Below, piece after piece: positions 16,458-27,416 of a stretch of 64,000 nucleotides of DNA. Source of the stretch: Shigella phage Sf20. How positions within the stretch are numbered: position 1 is the first letter of the stretch; each line of letters opens with the position of its first letter. The stretch is from sequence record MF327006, one strand, 5' to 3'. Both the position numbers and the translations under genes were made by a program. The notes beneath the pieces were generated by a model. It did no database searches. It had not been told where the DNA came from and was given only the letters and a program-made list of their open reading frames with translations.

Positions 16458-19400
16458 ATGGCAGATTTTTCTCAACATTTCAAGGCCACATTTGGCTTTG
16501 ACGCTGGTAATGAAAAGGTCGTCAATGTAGCATTGGCTGATAAGAATGTCAACACCGATGCGGTCAACGTTGAATTTTTCAATTACCATAATGGTATTAC
16601 TCAGTATGACACAACTCGCGGTTATGATCAATACGGAACTACAATCTATCAAAACCGTCCGTATTATGCAAAAGAAGATATCACAAAGCCAGCAGGTGAT
16701 TTTGACCCGACTAAATGGCAAGCACTGCGCACGGACCCACGTTGGGATTATATTGCAGCAACTTCCGGTGATACTCCTTTAAAGTCTGGTGATTATATCG
16801 CAGCAGATGGTCAATTTGCAAACTTGACTTTCTCTATGCCAACTAAACCAGCAGAGGGAGACACTATAACAGTAAAAGATATCGGTGGCAAGTGTGGTGT
16901 TAACGAATTATCGTTCTTGAGTTCAGGACATGAGTTTTACCATAACGGTAATGTGTATAACCGAAAATGGTATTGCACTACCCCGTATGCAATGAACTAT
17001 TTCATCTTTGTTCGTAATCGTTGGCATGTTTATCAGACGGGAACAGAGCCGCGCGGTGTGTACGCACAGCCAGCGATTGATGCTATTCAAATGCAGAATG
17101 GTGATCAGGTATTTCGTCGTAGTTCGTTGGGTAATATTACCTTAGTGCTTCCTAAGTTTGCCAACAATGGCGACATGATCCAGACTACAGACCTTGACGG
17201 ATTAACCGCAACCAACCACGTTACGGTTAAAGTTCATGAGCACGCAGAAGAACAATCAATTGGCACGTCCGGTCTAAAAGAGATTATCGGTAAGCGTAGC
17301 GGTCATGGTGTATTCATCTTTGACAAGACGGAAAACTTATGGCGTTTGTGGGATGGTGATCAGTCTGTTCGTCTTAAACCGATCATCGATGACACTCGCT
17401 TGCAACCTAATAGCTATGTTGCTGTATTTGGTGATCGTGATGTTACTCTGACGCTGCCGACCAATGTCGAGCCGGGTGATCGTATTCAAGTTTCTATGCA
17501 GTATATGCACGGAAACCAGAATTGCCGTATTATCACCGCCACAGAGGATACAAAAATCCTTATGCCGAAAAACATGGTTCAGTTTCCGAAGCGTAGCGAG
17601 TACCCATTCAACGGGACCGACACATGGAAGGAAGTGTCTGAATTGTCGTTCAATGCGGCTAGTGATTATGTACCTTATCTGGAGTTCTCTTATTCAGAAG
17701 GTGATGATGGTAAGAAATACTGGTTGGTGGCACATGCTCACCCGATTGTAGAACGAGTAGATCCGACTCGTAAAGATCGTGTTGGTGTAATTGCACTGGC
17801 TACCCAGGATGAAACAAACAAAAACCATGAAGAGAATCCTAGCGACGAAGTTGCGGTAACACCAAAAATGCTGGCTAATAAAACCGCCAACGAAACTCGA
17901 CGCGGTATTGCTCGCATTGCGACTCAAGCGGAAACGCATCAAGATACTGGTTCCAACTTCCTGGATGATGTTATCGTTACGCCTAAAAAGTTAAATGACT
18001 GTGTTGCTACCGAAGCCCGTCGTGGCGTGATGGAAATTGCAACCCAGCACGAAACCAATGAAGGTTTAGACGATACCCGCGCTATTACTCCTAAGAAATT
18101 AGAAGAACGTCGCGCTTCCGAAGATCTCGCTGGTATTGCTGAAATTGTTCAGGCTGGCGGTAGTGCTGCCGCTCGACGTGGCGAAGCTGGTACAGGGATC
18201 TATAACATCAACGACCATGTTAAAATTGTTACGCCACAAAACATCAACGAAGTCAAGGCGACCGAAACTTCCCGTGGTGTTGGCTATCTGGCAACTGACG
18301 CGGAAGTGCAAGGGGCTACAGAATCAACCCCGCAAGATGCTTTACTAATCACGACTCGCACGCTAACGAAACGTACTGCTACCGAATCGCGCACTGGTAT
18401 CGCTGAAATTGCAACTCAGGAAGAAACAAACTTAGGTCAAAGTGATAGCCATATCATCACGCCTAAAAAGCTGCATACTCGCCGCGCAACGGAAACTTTA
18501 CATGGTTTAGCAGAAATTGCAACTCAACCGGAATTTGACGCAGGTCTTGACGATGCTCGCATTTCTACCCCATTGAAGATTAAAACCTTCTTTGAGAATG
18601 CACAGCGTTTGAAAGTAGATCCGACTCAGGGGCTTAACCTTACTGGTGATTTGTGGCAAGGTATCATGATCAGCGGTCTGGATGCAACCGAAGACACAAA
18701 AGGTGTCGCTAAAGTTGCTACTACTCAGCTTACGGATGCTGGTCAAGATGATACTACAATCATCACGCCTAAAAAGCTGCAAGGCAAAAAGGCAACCGAA
18801 GGTAAAGAAGGTATTATCCGAGTTGGTACTCAAGCCGAAACCGTGGCTGGTGCACTGGCTAATGTAGCAATTTCTCCGAAGAACTTCAAATATGTTGTTC
18901 AGACAGAGGATACATGGAAAGCAACCGAATCGCGTCGTGGCTTCTTGAAAGTTGCTACTCAGGAAAACTGTTTTGTTGGTGATAATCTGCAAGGTTCTAC
19001 TCAAGAACTAGGAAACTACCAGCATGACGGAATTGCTGTTACCCCGAAAGGATTAAACTACGCACTTGCTAATTTCTTACCTAAGATGGCAACCGCTCAG
19101 AATAGTTTGAAATTGGGTAACGTAGAGGCCGCTAAATGGGCGCGTAGAGACATTGACCAGACCATAGAGAGCAATTACACGTTTAATAAAAAAGTTAACG
19201 TGAAGGGCGATTTAGAGTGCTTAAAATCAGGTTCCTTTGAAACTCTGTCTGTGACTAAGAACTCGACCGATGTTCCGAGTAATGGTCATCTGGTGTTGGG
19301 TGAGCGTGGAGTTGACGGTCACACCGGAATTACTCTGCATGGCACAACCGCATCGGAAGGCATGAAAAACTCTTGGTCGATTATCGTTGGTGGTACGGGA

Positions 19401-20530
19401 ACAGCGCAAGTTGTTGATAGTGATGCTATCGCTTTCGGTAAAATCAATGATGGTGGAGTCGTTGAGCATTACGCCTTTGCTATGAAACACAATGGCGACG
19501 CGACAGCATATAGAGACTTTATTGCAGGTCGTAACCTGTATGCGAAACAAGGCGGTTTATACATTGTTGACCAGTCTAATCCGGCAATGACTCGTTCCCC
19601 AGATGGTATGCTGAATATCGGTCACGGTGGAAGTGTTAACATCAAGGCAGGTCATCAAACGTTAACTACAGAGATCGCCGGACAGAAATATCAGATCGTA
19701 CACGCAGGAAACGCTGACGAAGTTCTTAACCGTCAGTTTGTTAAGAATGCTGGCGATACAATGGTCGGTAAGCTGACTATGGATAATGCGCCTATTGTTT
19801 CTGTTAAGCATGAAGCTAGCGCGGCAACCGCTCCGGCAATCGGTAACATCGGTTTCTGGAATATGCGAGTTACTACCCAGAACATCAAAGAAACTTATCC
19901 AGAGAAGAAAAACGGTACTCTGATGCAATGGGGTACTGACGCGGACGGGCTTACCCAGCTTTGGTCCCCTGATGGTACTCATAAACATTATATCCGTTCC
20001 GGTACTGGCGGGGACAGAAATATCAGATCGTACACGCAGGAAACGCTGACGAAGTTCTTAACCGTCAGTTTGTTAAGAATGCTGGCGATACAATGGTCGG
20101 TAAGCTGACTATGGATAATGCGCCTATTGTTTCTGTTAAGCATGAAGCTAGCGCGGCAACCGCTCCGGCAATCGGTAACATCGGTTTCTGGAATATGCGA
20201 GTTACTACCCAGAACATCAAAGAAACTTATCCAGAGAAGAAAAACGGTACTCTGATGCAATGGGGTACTGACGCGGACGGGCTTACCCAGCTTTGGTCCC
20301 CTGATGGTACTCATAAACATTATATCCGTTCCGGTACTGGCGGTCAATGGACCGCATGGGGTGAAATTTACACCAAACAGAACAAACCTACCGCTCAGGA
20401 AATCGGGGCAGTAGTTGCAGAAGGTGGTTTAATGAACTCTATGACGGTTCGTGATTGGATCAAAGTTGGTAATGTTAAAATCATCGCCAATAATCTGACT
20501 CGTACCGTAGACTTTATCTGGGAAGACTAA
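16458..20530 (+). pseudogene. 34: long tail fiber proximal subunit, reading frame broken by a 332-bp tandem duplication
   Basis: N-terminus matches T4 gp34; frame 0 stops at 20108 just after the duplication junction; native C-terminus continues in frame +2 to 20530; removing one copy gives a 1246-aa ORF. Confidence 0.85.
19680..20343 (+). repeat. perfect direct tandem duplication, 2 x 332 bp
   Basis: 19680-20011 identical to 20012-20343 by eye; 332 is not a multiple of 3. Confidence 0.85.
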
Positions 20531-20563
20531 TTAAAGGGGGCGAAAGCCCCCTATGGGGTTATT

Positions 20564-21703
20564 ATGACACAAGATATAGAATTACGCAACACTGGAATTA
20601 GGTTTGCGCATTTCGACGAAGACTCTGCGACATTTACCAGCATTTCAGAAAATAACTCTGTGATGTATAAGCTGGAAGTGCGCGGATCTAATGCGGATTC
20701 TACCAAACCAGCAAGGATTAGATTTAATGGAGTGGAGATCGTTGGCGCTGGCTATGAAAATGGCCTAAATTTGAAAGTTCTTACTCCAACTGGACAACTA
20801 CACGAAGAAAAGGTATTCTATGGTCGCGGTGCTGTTTTGGCAATGCGTGATTATCTTTCTTTGCTGAAAGGTGATTATATCATTGCGATGGCAACTCATG
20901 GAGAATTGTTTGCAGATCCGATAAGTGATGTTGTATTTTCTAAGATGGGATCTGTATCATTCCCGAATCACATTTTGTTACAGCAAATGCCTCGTGTATC
21001 ATATGCAGCAATTTATTCTACTAAAATGGGTAAAATTGTGTGCGAAGGGATGCAAGCGACCCACGGGGAAGGACAAGATTCATCTATACAAATTGAGAAG
21101 GTTTATGATACTATAGATGATCTTGCTATAACAGGAACACCACAACGATTTTTAGATTATCCGGTTGAGTATGTTAGCGAAGATGCCGAACATTTCGAGC
21201 TAATACAATGGCCTCATGATGAGATCAGCGCACCACTTGAATATTTTAACATAAAGGCAGGTGACAAACTATCATTATCATTTGAATTGTTCCGTGATAG
21301 TGCCGCAGCCGCAGCCAACGTAACAGCGCGTTTCTATCACAACTATTTTACTGATGGACAATACAAAACTGGCGTTCGATACAATGCCAGCAAAAAAGAT
21401 CAATGGGAAAAGTTTGAAGCCGTCTATACCGTGCCGGAAGGTGTCGATAGTGTAGTAACTGGTTGTATCAGATATCCAACCAACTCAAATGAAGGTATTG
21501 TTAAAATTAGAAACATACTAATAACGCCGATCAGTGGAGTCGTCAAAACTACTGGTCCTACTTCATTTGGTGTTAATGGTGTTAGAACAACTCATATTCA
21601 GGATAACGGTGATTTTACTAACCCTGTAATGAGTCTTCTTAAGCTGCCTAGAGACAATAAACATATCACATCCAACAACTTTAAAGAGTTCGATGTTGAT
21701 TAA
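20564..21703 (+). CDS. 35: long tail fiber hinge connector
   Basis: 379 aa, size and position as T4 gp35. Confidence 0.75.
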   Translation: MTQDIELRNTGIRFAHFDEDSATFTSISENNSVMYKLEVRGSNADSTKPARIRFNGVEIVGAGYENGLNLKVLTPTGQLHEEKVFYGRGAVLAMRDYLSLLKGDYIIAMATHGELFADPISDVVFSKMGSVSFPNHILLQQMPRVSYAAIYSTKMGKIVCEGMQATHGEGQDSSIQIEKVYDTIDDLAITGTPQRFLDYPVEYVSEDAEHFELIQWPHDEISAPLEYFNIKAGDKLSLSFELFRDSAAAAANVTARFYHNYFTDGQYKTGVRYNASKKDQWEKFEAVYTVPEGVDSVVTGCIRYPTNSNEGIVKIRNILITPISGVVKTTGPTSFGVNGVRTTHIQDNGDFTNPVMSLLKLPRDNKHITSNNFKEFDVD

Positions 21704-21713
21704 CATTTTTAAC

Positions 21714-21745
21714 AAGCCGATCCATGTGGTCGGCTTTATTTTTAT
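21714..21745 (+). terminator. intrinsic terminator downstream of gene 35
   Basis: Hairpin AAGCCGAUCC-AUGU-GGUCGGCUU followed by UAUUUUUAU. Confidence 0.55.
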
Positions 21746-21864
21746 ACAGTTGGTTAAATTGTAACCAAAACGAAGAAAGATCTTTAGAATATAGAAAAGT
21801 TTGTTTCGGTTAAAAATTAGTCAGTGCCGTAGGCACGTCGCGAAGCGATATTTTGTTAACATTC

Positions 21865-21872
21865 TATAAATA
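21865..21872 (+). promoter_or_regulatory. T4-type late promoter (TATAAATA) for gene 36
   Basis: Exact TATAAATA 34 nt upstream of the gene 36 ATG. Confidence 0.6.
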
Positions 21873-21905
21873 CTCGGAACTATAACTAATTTTTGAGGTT
21901 ACTTT

Positions 21906-23396
21906 ATGGCAGATTTGAAACATGGATCTACTGTAGGCGGATCTCCCATTTGGACGCAAGGAAACTTGACGATCCAGCCAGCGGGGGATCAGCTTTTCTA
22001 CAAAGGTCATAAAATCTATACCGCTTTTGATAGACCTTCGGCTACCGATTTTGATGCTGTTAGTGCATCCGAAGGTGGCACATTTCAAAAGCAAGTTCAT
22101 TTCGAGGAAGGTTTAAGCGTAGGTAGCGCATCGGCTGGAGAAACCAAAAAGAATGGTATCTTTAAAGGTCAGAGCGACGCTGCTAATTTTGACGGCGTAA
22201 GCTGGGGTTTGCATTCATGGAAGTCAATCGGCTTTGTTAATGCCCGTGATGGCGTTATCATGGCGTATATTGACACCACAACGGGCGAATTTAAGTCTAA
22301 AGGGACTATCGAAGGGACAACCATTAAAGACACAGGTCAACGCGTCTATAGCCCTGTTAATAAACCAACGAATAATGATTTAGATTTGGTGTCTCGTCGC
22401 GGTGATACCCTAACAGGAACATATAATTTAAACACTGTCACTGTTAAACTATCGGTTGATTCGAAATTAATTGCAAGGGAACGTGATTTAATTAATTTTG
22501 ATGCGACTAAGATCTATTATGGTAACGTTCTTGATACGTTGGTCTTCCGAAGTAAAGATGAGCCTACCATTTTTGTTAATGGCAGAGAAGGTCGTTTTTA
22601 TCACACCAACAATAAACCAACTAAAGCCGATGTTGGGCTAGGCAATGTCACCAATGATGCACAGGTTAAACGTGCTGGTGATATTATGGAAGGTAACTTG
22701 CAAGCGCCTAGAATGTTGGCGACAAACGATCCTGCTGGTCCTAATGAATTGGTTCGTTTGAGCTACTTTGAGAGAAAATCAATGGTAGCAAATCCAACCA
22801 TCATTGGAAACGTTGATTGGAACACTCTTATTAATCGCGGTATCTATCGTGTGGAAAATGCTGGGTCGGGTACTAATAAACCGTCTGATAGCTATTATAA
22901 TGGCGTTTTGATGGTATATCGCCCAGAAGATGCGGTCGGTACTCGTCGAATTGTTCAGGTGTATTATCCTGAATCTATTGACCATCCGATGTGCTGGCGT
23001 TCGTGTTCTAATGAATCCTGGACTGCATGGAACTATGTAGATCACCGTAAATTAGCCGATATTCGCTATGTTAACGTAACTGGCGATACCATGACAGGAC
23101 CGTTAACTGTTCCGGCTGCAAATGGCGTTAGAACAGCTAAAACTAACTATAACGGGGATAACTGTTATGCGGCGTTAAGCGGTGCTGATGGCACTGCGAT
23201 GATTCACCGCATTAGTGATATTAAAGGGACCGAAAAGCTGGGGATCACCCACGACTCAAAGGTCGTGTTTTTCCGTTCTAGAAACAATACTCAAACCGTG
23301 GACCGCTATCAGCTTTATCATGAAGGTAATAAACCTACTCCGGCTGATGTTGGAGCGGTTCCACTTAATGCGGTGATTGATTTTGGTACTTTCTAA
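21906..23396 (+). CDS. 36: long tail fiber distal connector (extended form)
   Basis: N-terminus MADLKHGSTVGGSPIWTQGN matches T4 gp36; 496 aa versus ~221 in T4. Confidence 0.8.
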   Translation: MADLKHGSTVGGSPIWTQGNLTIQPAGDQLFYKGHKIYTAFDRPSATDFDAVSASEGGTFQKQVHFEEGLSVGSASAGETKKNGIFKGQSDAANFDGVSWGLHSWKSIGFVNARDGVIMAYIDTTTGEFKSKGTIEGTTIKDTGQRVYSPVNKPTNNDLDLVSRRGDTLTGTYNLNTVTVKLSVDSKLIARERDLINFDATKIYYGNVLDTLVFRSKDEPTIFVNGREGRFYHTNNKPTKADVGLGNVTNDAQVKRAGDIMEGNLQAPRMLATNDPAGPNELVRLSYFERKSMVANPTIIGNVDWNTLINRGIYRVENAGSGTNKPSDSYYNGVLMVYRPEDAVGTRRIVQVYYPESIDHPMCWRSCSNESWTAWNYVDHRKLADIRYVNVTGDTMTGPLTVPAANGVRTAKTNYNGDNCYAALSGADGTAMIHRISDIKGTEKLGITHDSKVVFFRSRNNTQTVDRYQLYHEGNKPTPADVGAVPLNAVIDFGTF

Positions 23397-23401
23397 TTTT
23401 A

Positions 23402-23426
23402 GCGGGGATTATCTCCCCGCTTTTCT
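23402..23426 (+). terminator. intrinsic terminator downstream of gene 36
   Basis: Hairpin GCGGGGA-UUAUC-UCCCCGC followed by UUUUCU. Confidence 0.5.
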
Positions 23427-23466
23427 AAATAATGTTATTCTAATAACCGTTTAAGGATTTTATAAA

Positions 23467-26406
23467 ATGGCAGATTTAAGCAGAATCCAATTTAAACGTA
23501 CTAGCACTAAAGGCCGTCGACCTGATGCTGGTACGATGAATCCGGGGGAATTGGCAATCAACCTTGCGGATCAATATCTTCTTACTAAAAATGATTCCGG
23601 TGCTATTATCAATTTAAGTTGTCCTCCGGTTTATGACCGCGATGTTACAATGGCAGGTAAGGTTAAAGGTAATAATTATATCTTAAGTAAAACCGCCAAC
23701 TATCTGGAAGATCAGACAGCGAGAGACCTTAACTACTTTGGTGCTTTCCGTACCAATGGTCTTGACGGTTTTCTCGAACTCACGCTAAACGTTCCTCATT
23801 CTTCTGGTGTTCAGCATGGTCGAGGATTTACTTTCCAGTATGGACACACAGGAAACCGTGTAGAAACTTATGGTTATAATAAAGAAGGACAAAAAGCATT
23901 TAGCTATAAAATGTATCATGAAGGTGATAAACCTACCCCATCGGAATTGAACGTTTATAGCAAACAAGAAGTTGACCGTATGTTTGTTAAAACCGTTAAA
24001 CTTGCTACAGTTCCTGTTGATATCGTTGACGGTTATTTTAAATTAGCAACTGCAATGATTCCGCAAAACGGTCGTAGTGTATTTTTCCGTATTCATGGTG
24101 GTAACGGATATAACGTTACCGCATACGATCAAGTTGATATTGTAGAAATTGTTATTCGCAGTGGAAATAATCGTCCTAAAGGTGTTAACGTTATTGCATA
24201 CCGACGAAATACAAACAAATCATTTGATGTTTTGGCTGTTAATACTTCTGGTGATAACTATGATATCTACGTGAAATATCAGCGTTACACTGATAACGTT
24301 ATTGTTGAATTTGGTAAAAGTGTTGATGTTGATCTGGTAGTCCATGACGTTCCCGACTTTGTTGTTGATCGTCCTGCTGGCGATAATGTTATTGGCGGTC
24401 GCGCGGTAACTCTTTTCAACACAGAAAATAAACGTGGTGTGTTGAGTTTTGACGATAACACACAAAATAGTTATGATATTGTTCACTTGAGTAATGATAA
24501 AGGTACTGGTCGGAAATATATTCGTAAATTCCGCAGTAACTATAATGAAATGATCTGGCATGAGACGGTTCAAGGTTCTACCTATCGACTCGCCACGGGT
24601 AGTACCGATGCTCAGGAGATTCTAACCGTTGAATCTGTTAGCTCAATTGCTGGAACTCATAAAGGTAATATTATTTCTGGACGTATGCTGTTAAATGGCG
24701 GTAGTAATGTTATTACCTTGCGGCGTCCTGCTGGTCAATCCAACCATATTGCGTTTCAAGATAATCGTACTGGAGATATTACCCGTCAAGGATGGATCGG
24801 TTATGCCAATGCTGATACTAACATTTTTGAATGGTATAGTGATGTAGGTGGCAGTTCTATTCGTCAACATATTGACGGACAGATCGAACTTGCAACCGGT
24901 AACACAAAACGCGTTTATACTAACGCTCAATTCATCTCAATGAATAGCGACGCCTACCGCATGCTCTACGGTAATTATGGTGCATTCTGGCGTAATGACG
25001 GCGTTAAAGTTTATCTTCTTTCTACTGCCGAAAATGATAAATTGGGCGGGTGGAATGCCTATCGTCCATTCATTTATGATTTAACTTCCGGTAACGTTCA
25101 ATTAGGCGGTGATGGTAACGAAGAAGCATTAACGTTAGAACGTGCTTCTCGTGCCGCTCGATTTAGTAATGACGTTTACATTAAGAAAGGGCTTTTGACT
25201 TTCGACGCTGGTCGTGCTGGATCTCGCGATTATATTCGATTTAATCATTGGGGTGATAGCAATAATGCTCGTGATAACGTTTTGTACATAGAAGATAGTC
25301 AAGGCCGACATTTTAGTACAGAACGTGCGATGGGTACTGGTGCTCTTAAAGCATACTTCTTAGGCGATCTTGAAGTCGGTGGTAAGTTTACTTGGGGTAA
25401 AAATACAGCTACATCTAGCTTTAATATCCGTGCATGGGGTGCTGATGCTCGTAAACAGGTATTAGAATGTGCTGATGAAAGCGGTTGGCATTGGTATACC
25501 CAACGACCGGGCGGTCCTGGTACTGATGCAATTGAATTTTCTATTAACGGTACGGTTAAGCCTAAAGCAATTCATACTGGCGGCAATATCACTATCAACG
25601 GTGCTGATATTGAGTTTAAACGCGCTGGCAATAAGCATTTATGGTTTAGAGATCCAAACGGATTAGAATTGGGTTTGATTTATTGTGATGATGCTGGTGT
25701 TATTCGTGTCCGTGGTGAGAAGTCGACCGAAGTGTGGAAATTCTCGGCAAAACAGATTCATTTAGAAACGGGTACTGCTGGTAACGGTGTTGGTTTAATC
25801 CGTGGTGCAGTTGGTGGTGGTGCGTGGACTCAATGGAGAGACCGTGGTACTGGCTTACAGGTTGACTGCCAACAATCAGAAAACTCAGCACACAACATAT
25901 GGCGAGCGACTCATCAAGGTAAGTACCATCTTGCAGCAATGGGTGTTCATGCATCTGGTGGTAGTGTTGCTAATACCGTTGTTCGCTTACATGTTCATGA
26001 CTCAAACTATGATTTCACTGCTGTTGGTGACTTCACCGCAGGTCGTAACGGTTCGTTTAACGATGTGTACATTCGTTCTGATGCTCGCCTTAAAATCAAC
26101 AAGGAAGAGTATAAAGAGAATGCCACCGATAAAGTTAATCGCTTAACTGTATACACCTATGACAAGGTTAAATCTTTAACCGACCGTACTGTCATTGCTC
26201 ATGAAGTTGGCATTATCGCACAGGATCTTGAGAAAGAATTGCCGGAAGCAGTAACAACCTCGAAGATCGGAGACGGTGATACACCAGAAGAGATCTTAAC
26301 AATTTCTAACTCTGCTGTCAACGCTCTTTTAATTAAGGCGTTTCAGGAAATGAGCGAAGAATTGAAAGCCGTTAAAGCTGAACTAGCGGAACTTAAAAAG
26401 AATTAA
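23467..26406 (+). CDS. 37: long tail fiber distal subunit with C-terminal intramolecular chaperone (S74-like) domain
   Basis: N-terminus MADLSRIQFKRTS...GELAINLAD matches gp37; C-terminal SDARLK motif (Ser codon 26077-26079) plus coiled-coil tail. Confidence 0.8.
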   Translation: MADLSRIQFKRTSTKGRRPDAGTMNPGELAINLADQYLLTKNDSGAIINLSCPPVYDRDVTMAGKVKGNNYILSKTANYLEDQTARDLNYFGAFRTNGLDGFLELTLNVPHSSGVQHGRGFTFQYGHTGNRVETYGYNKEGQKAFSYKMYHEGDKPTPSELNVYSKQEVDRMFVKTVKLATVPVDIVDGYFKLATAMIPQNGRSVFFRIHGGNGYNVTAYDQVDIVEIVIRSGNNRPKGVNVIAYRRNTNKSFDVLAVNTSGDNYDIYVKYQRYTDNVIVEFGKSVDVDLVVHDVPDFVVDRPAGDNVIGGRAVTLFNTENKRGVLSFDDNTQNSYDIVHLSNDKGTGRKYIRKFRSNYNEMIWHETVQGSTYRLATGSTDAQEILTVESVSSIAGTHKGNIISGRMLLNGGSNVITLRRPAGQSNHIAFQDNRTGDITRQGWIGYANADTNIFEWYSDVGGSSIRQHIDGQIELATGNTKRVYTNAQFISMNSDAYRMLYGNYGAFWRNDGVKVYLLSTAENDKLGGWNAYRPFIYDLTSGNVQLGGDGNEEALTLERASRAARFSNDVYIKKGLLTFDAGRAGSRDYIRFNHWGDSNNARDNVLYIEDSQGRHFSTERAMGTGALKAYFLGDLEVGGKFTWGKNTATSSFNIRAWGADARKQVLECADESGWHWYTQRPGGPGTDAIEFSINGTVKPKAIHTGGNITINGADIEFKRAGNKHLWFRDPNGLELGLIYCDDAGVIRVRGEKSTEVWKFSAKQIHLETGTAGNGVGLIRGAVGGGAWTQWRDRGTGLQVDCQQSENSAHNIWRATHQGKYHLAAMGVHASGGSVANTVVRLHVHDSNYDFTAVGDFTAGRNGSFNDVYIRSDARLKINKEEYKENATDKVNRLTVYTYDKVKSLTDRTVIAHEVGIIAQDLEKELPEAVTTSKIGDGDTPEEILTISNSAVNALLIKAFQEMSEELKAVKAELAELKKN

Positions 26407-26448
26407 GGAAAACTCCCAGGGAAGGGAAACTACTAAGGAGAAACGGCT

Positions 26449-26688
26449 ATGGTCTATAATATCGTCATTGGTGCTTTGTCTAGTTTCGGAATGAAACTAT
26501 TGTCAAAGTTAATTAGTGAAAAGATGCTCACTAAAATTTTCTTCTATTGCGCTCGTCGTCTTGCGGCCTATACCAATACGCCAATTGATGATCGTTTTGT
26601 GGAAGAACTTTATAAGGAGTTTAATAAAGATCAGTCAGAAGATAGTAACGAGCAAGATAAACCTAGTGATAGTCAACTACCTAAATAA
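26449..26688 (+). CDS. hypothetical small protein in the position of gene 38
   Basis: ORF track 79 aa; SD AAGGAG; hydrophobic N-terminus, acidic C-terminus. Confidence 0.45.
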   Translation: MVYNIVIGALSSFGMKLLSKLISEKMLTKIFFYCARRLAAYTNTPIDDRFVEELYKEFNKDQSEDSNEQDKPSDSQLPK

Positions 26689-26721
26689 GAGTACACTGTC
26701 ATAGTTATCTTAGGGCATTAT

Positions 26722-27378
26722 ATGCAAGTTTCTGAAAAAGGGAAAGACTTTGCTATCTCAAATGTCCTGCGCGCTATTTTCACAACTAAAAGCACGGAGT
26801 TGCTCGTACTTCGTGTTTTTGCTGCCGTCGTGTTGTCCATATTGGCATTTGTCGTTTATAGTAAAAACGAGTTATTTGCGCTTTATAAAGAGACTCGTTA
26901 TGAGACTTATGCTCACATTCTCCAGGTAGAGAAAGACCGCAATTTTGATAATGCAGCACAGGAGCAGTTACAGATAGTTCATGTGTCGGCTGATGCCGAT
27001 TTTTCTGCTGTTTTTAGTTTTCGTCCGAAAAACCTAAACTATTTTGTTGATTTGGTGGCATATGAAGGAAAGCTACCGCATACAATCGATGAAAAGAATT
27101 TAGGCGGATTCCCTATCAATAAAACGAGTGAAGAATATCGTAGACATCTTTTAGGTAAATCATATTTTACCGATAAAGATTTCCAGTATATTCCATCAAG
27201 AGAAAAGAAATTAGAGAATATCGATATAGGTTTCATGTATTCTTGTCCTATATTCAATCTCGATAATGTCTATTCTGGTAGTATCGCCATTTCATGGAAG
27301 AATAAACCGGATATTGACATTGAGAATTTAGATACTCTTTGCAATCAATCTGCCAGAATCCTCGGAAGGATTAGATAA
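26722..27378 (+). CDS. t: holin
   Basis: 218 aa; LQIVHVSADADFSAVFSFRPKNLNYFVDLVAYEGKLP...MYSCPIFNLDNVYSGSI matches T4 holin T. Confidence 0.9.
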   Translation: MQVSEKGKDFAISNVLRAIFTTKSTELLVLRVFAAVVLSILAFVVYSKNELFALYKETRYETYAHILQVEKDRNFDNAAQEQLQIVHVSADADFSAVFSFRPKNLNYFVDLVAYEGKLPHTIDEKNLGGFPINKTSEEYRRHLLGKSYFTDKDFQYIPSREKKLENIDIGFMYSCPIFNLDNVYSGSIAISWKNKPDIDIENLDTLCNQSARILGRIR

Positions 27379-27384
27379 CTTAAA

Positions 27385-27416
27385 GGGGAAGCCTTTCGGC
27401 CTCCCCTTCTTTTTAT
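27385..27416 (+). terminator. intrinsic terminator after the late tail-fiber/holin unit
   Basis: Hairpin GGGGAAGCC-UUUC-GGCCUCCCC (one mismatch) followed by UUCUUUUUAUU. Confidence 0.6.

Noticed and set aside
19662-20347. Two identical minus-strand ORFs (108 and 119 aa) inside gene 34
   Set aside because: They are antisense shadows of the duplicated 332-bp segment, not independent genes.
23435-23445. Late promoter for gene 37 (TCTAAATAAT)
   Set aside because: It deviates from TATAAATA at a normally conserved position; gene 37 may rely on read-through from the gene 36 promoter.
16458-26406. Diversity-generating retroelement targeting the tail fiber genes
   Set aside because: The only repeat is a perfect tandem copy with no adenine-specific differences, and no reverse transcriptase gene is present in the window.
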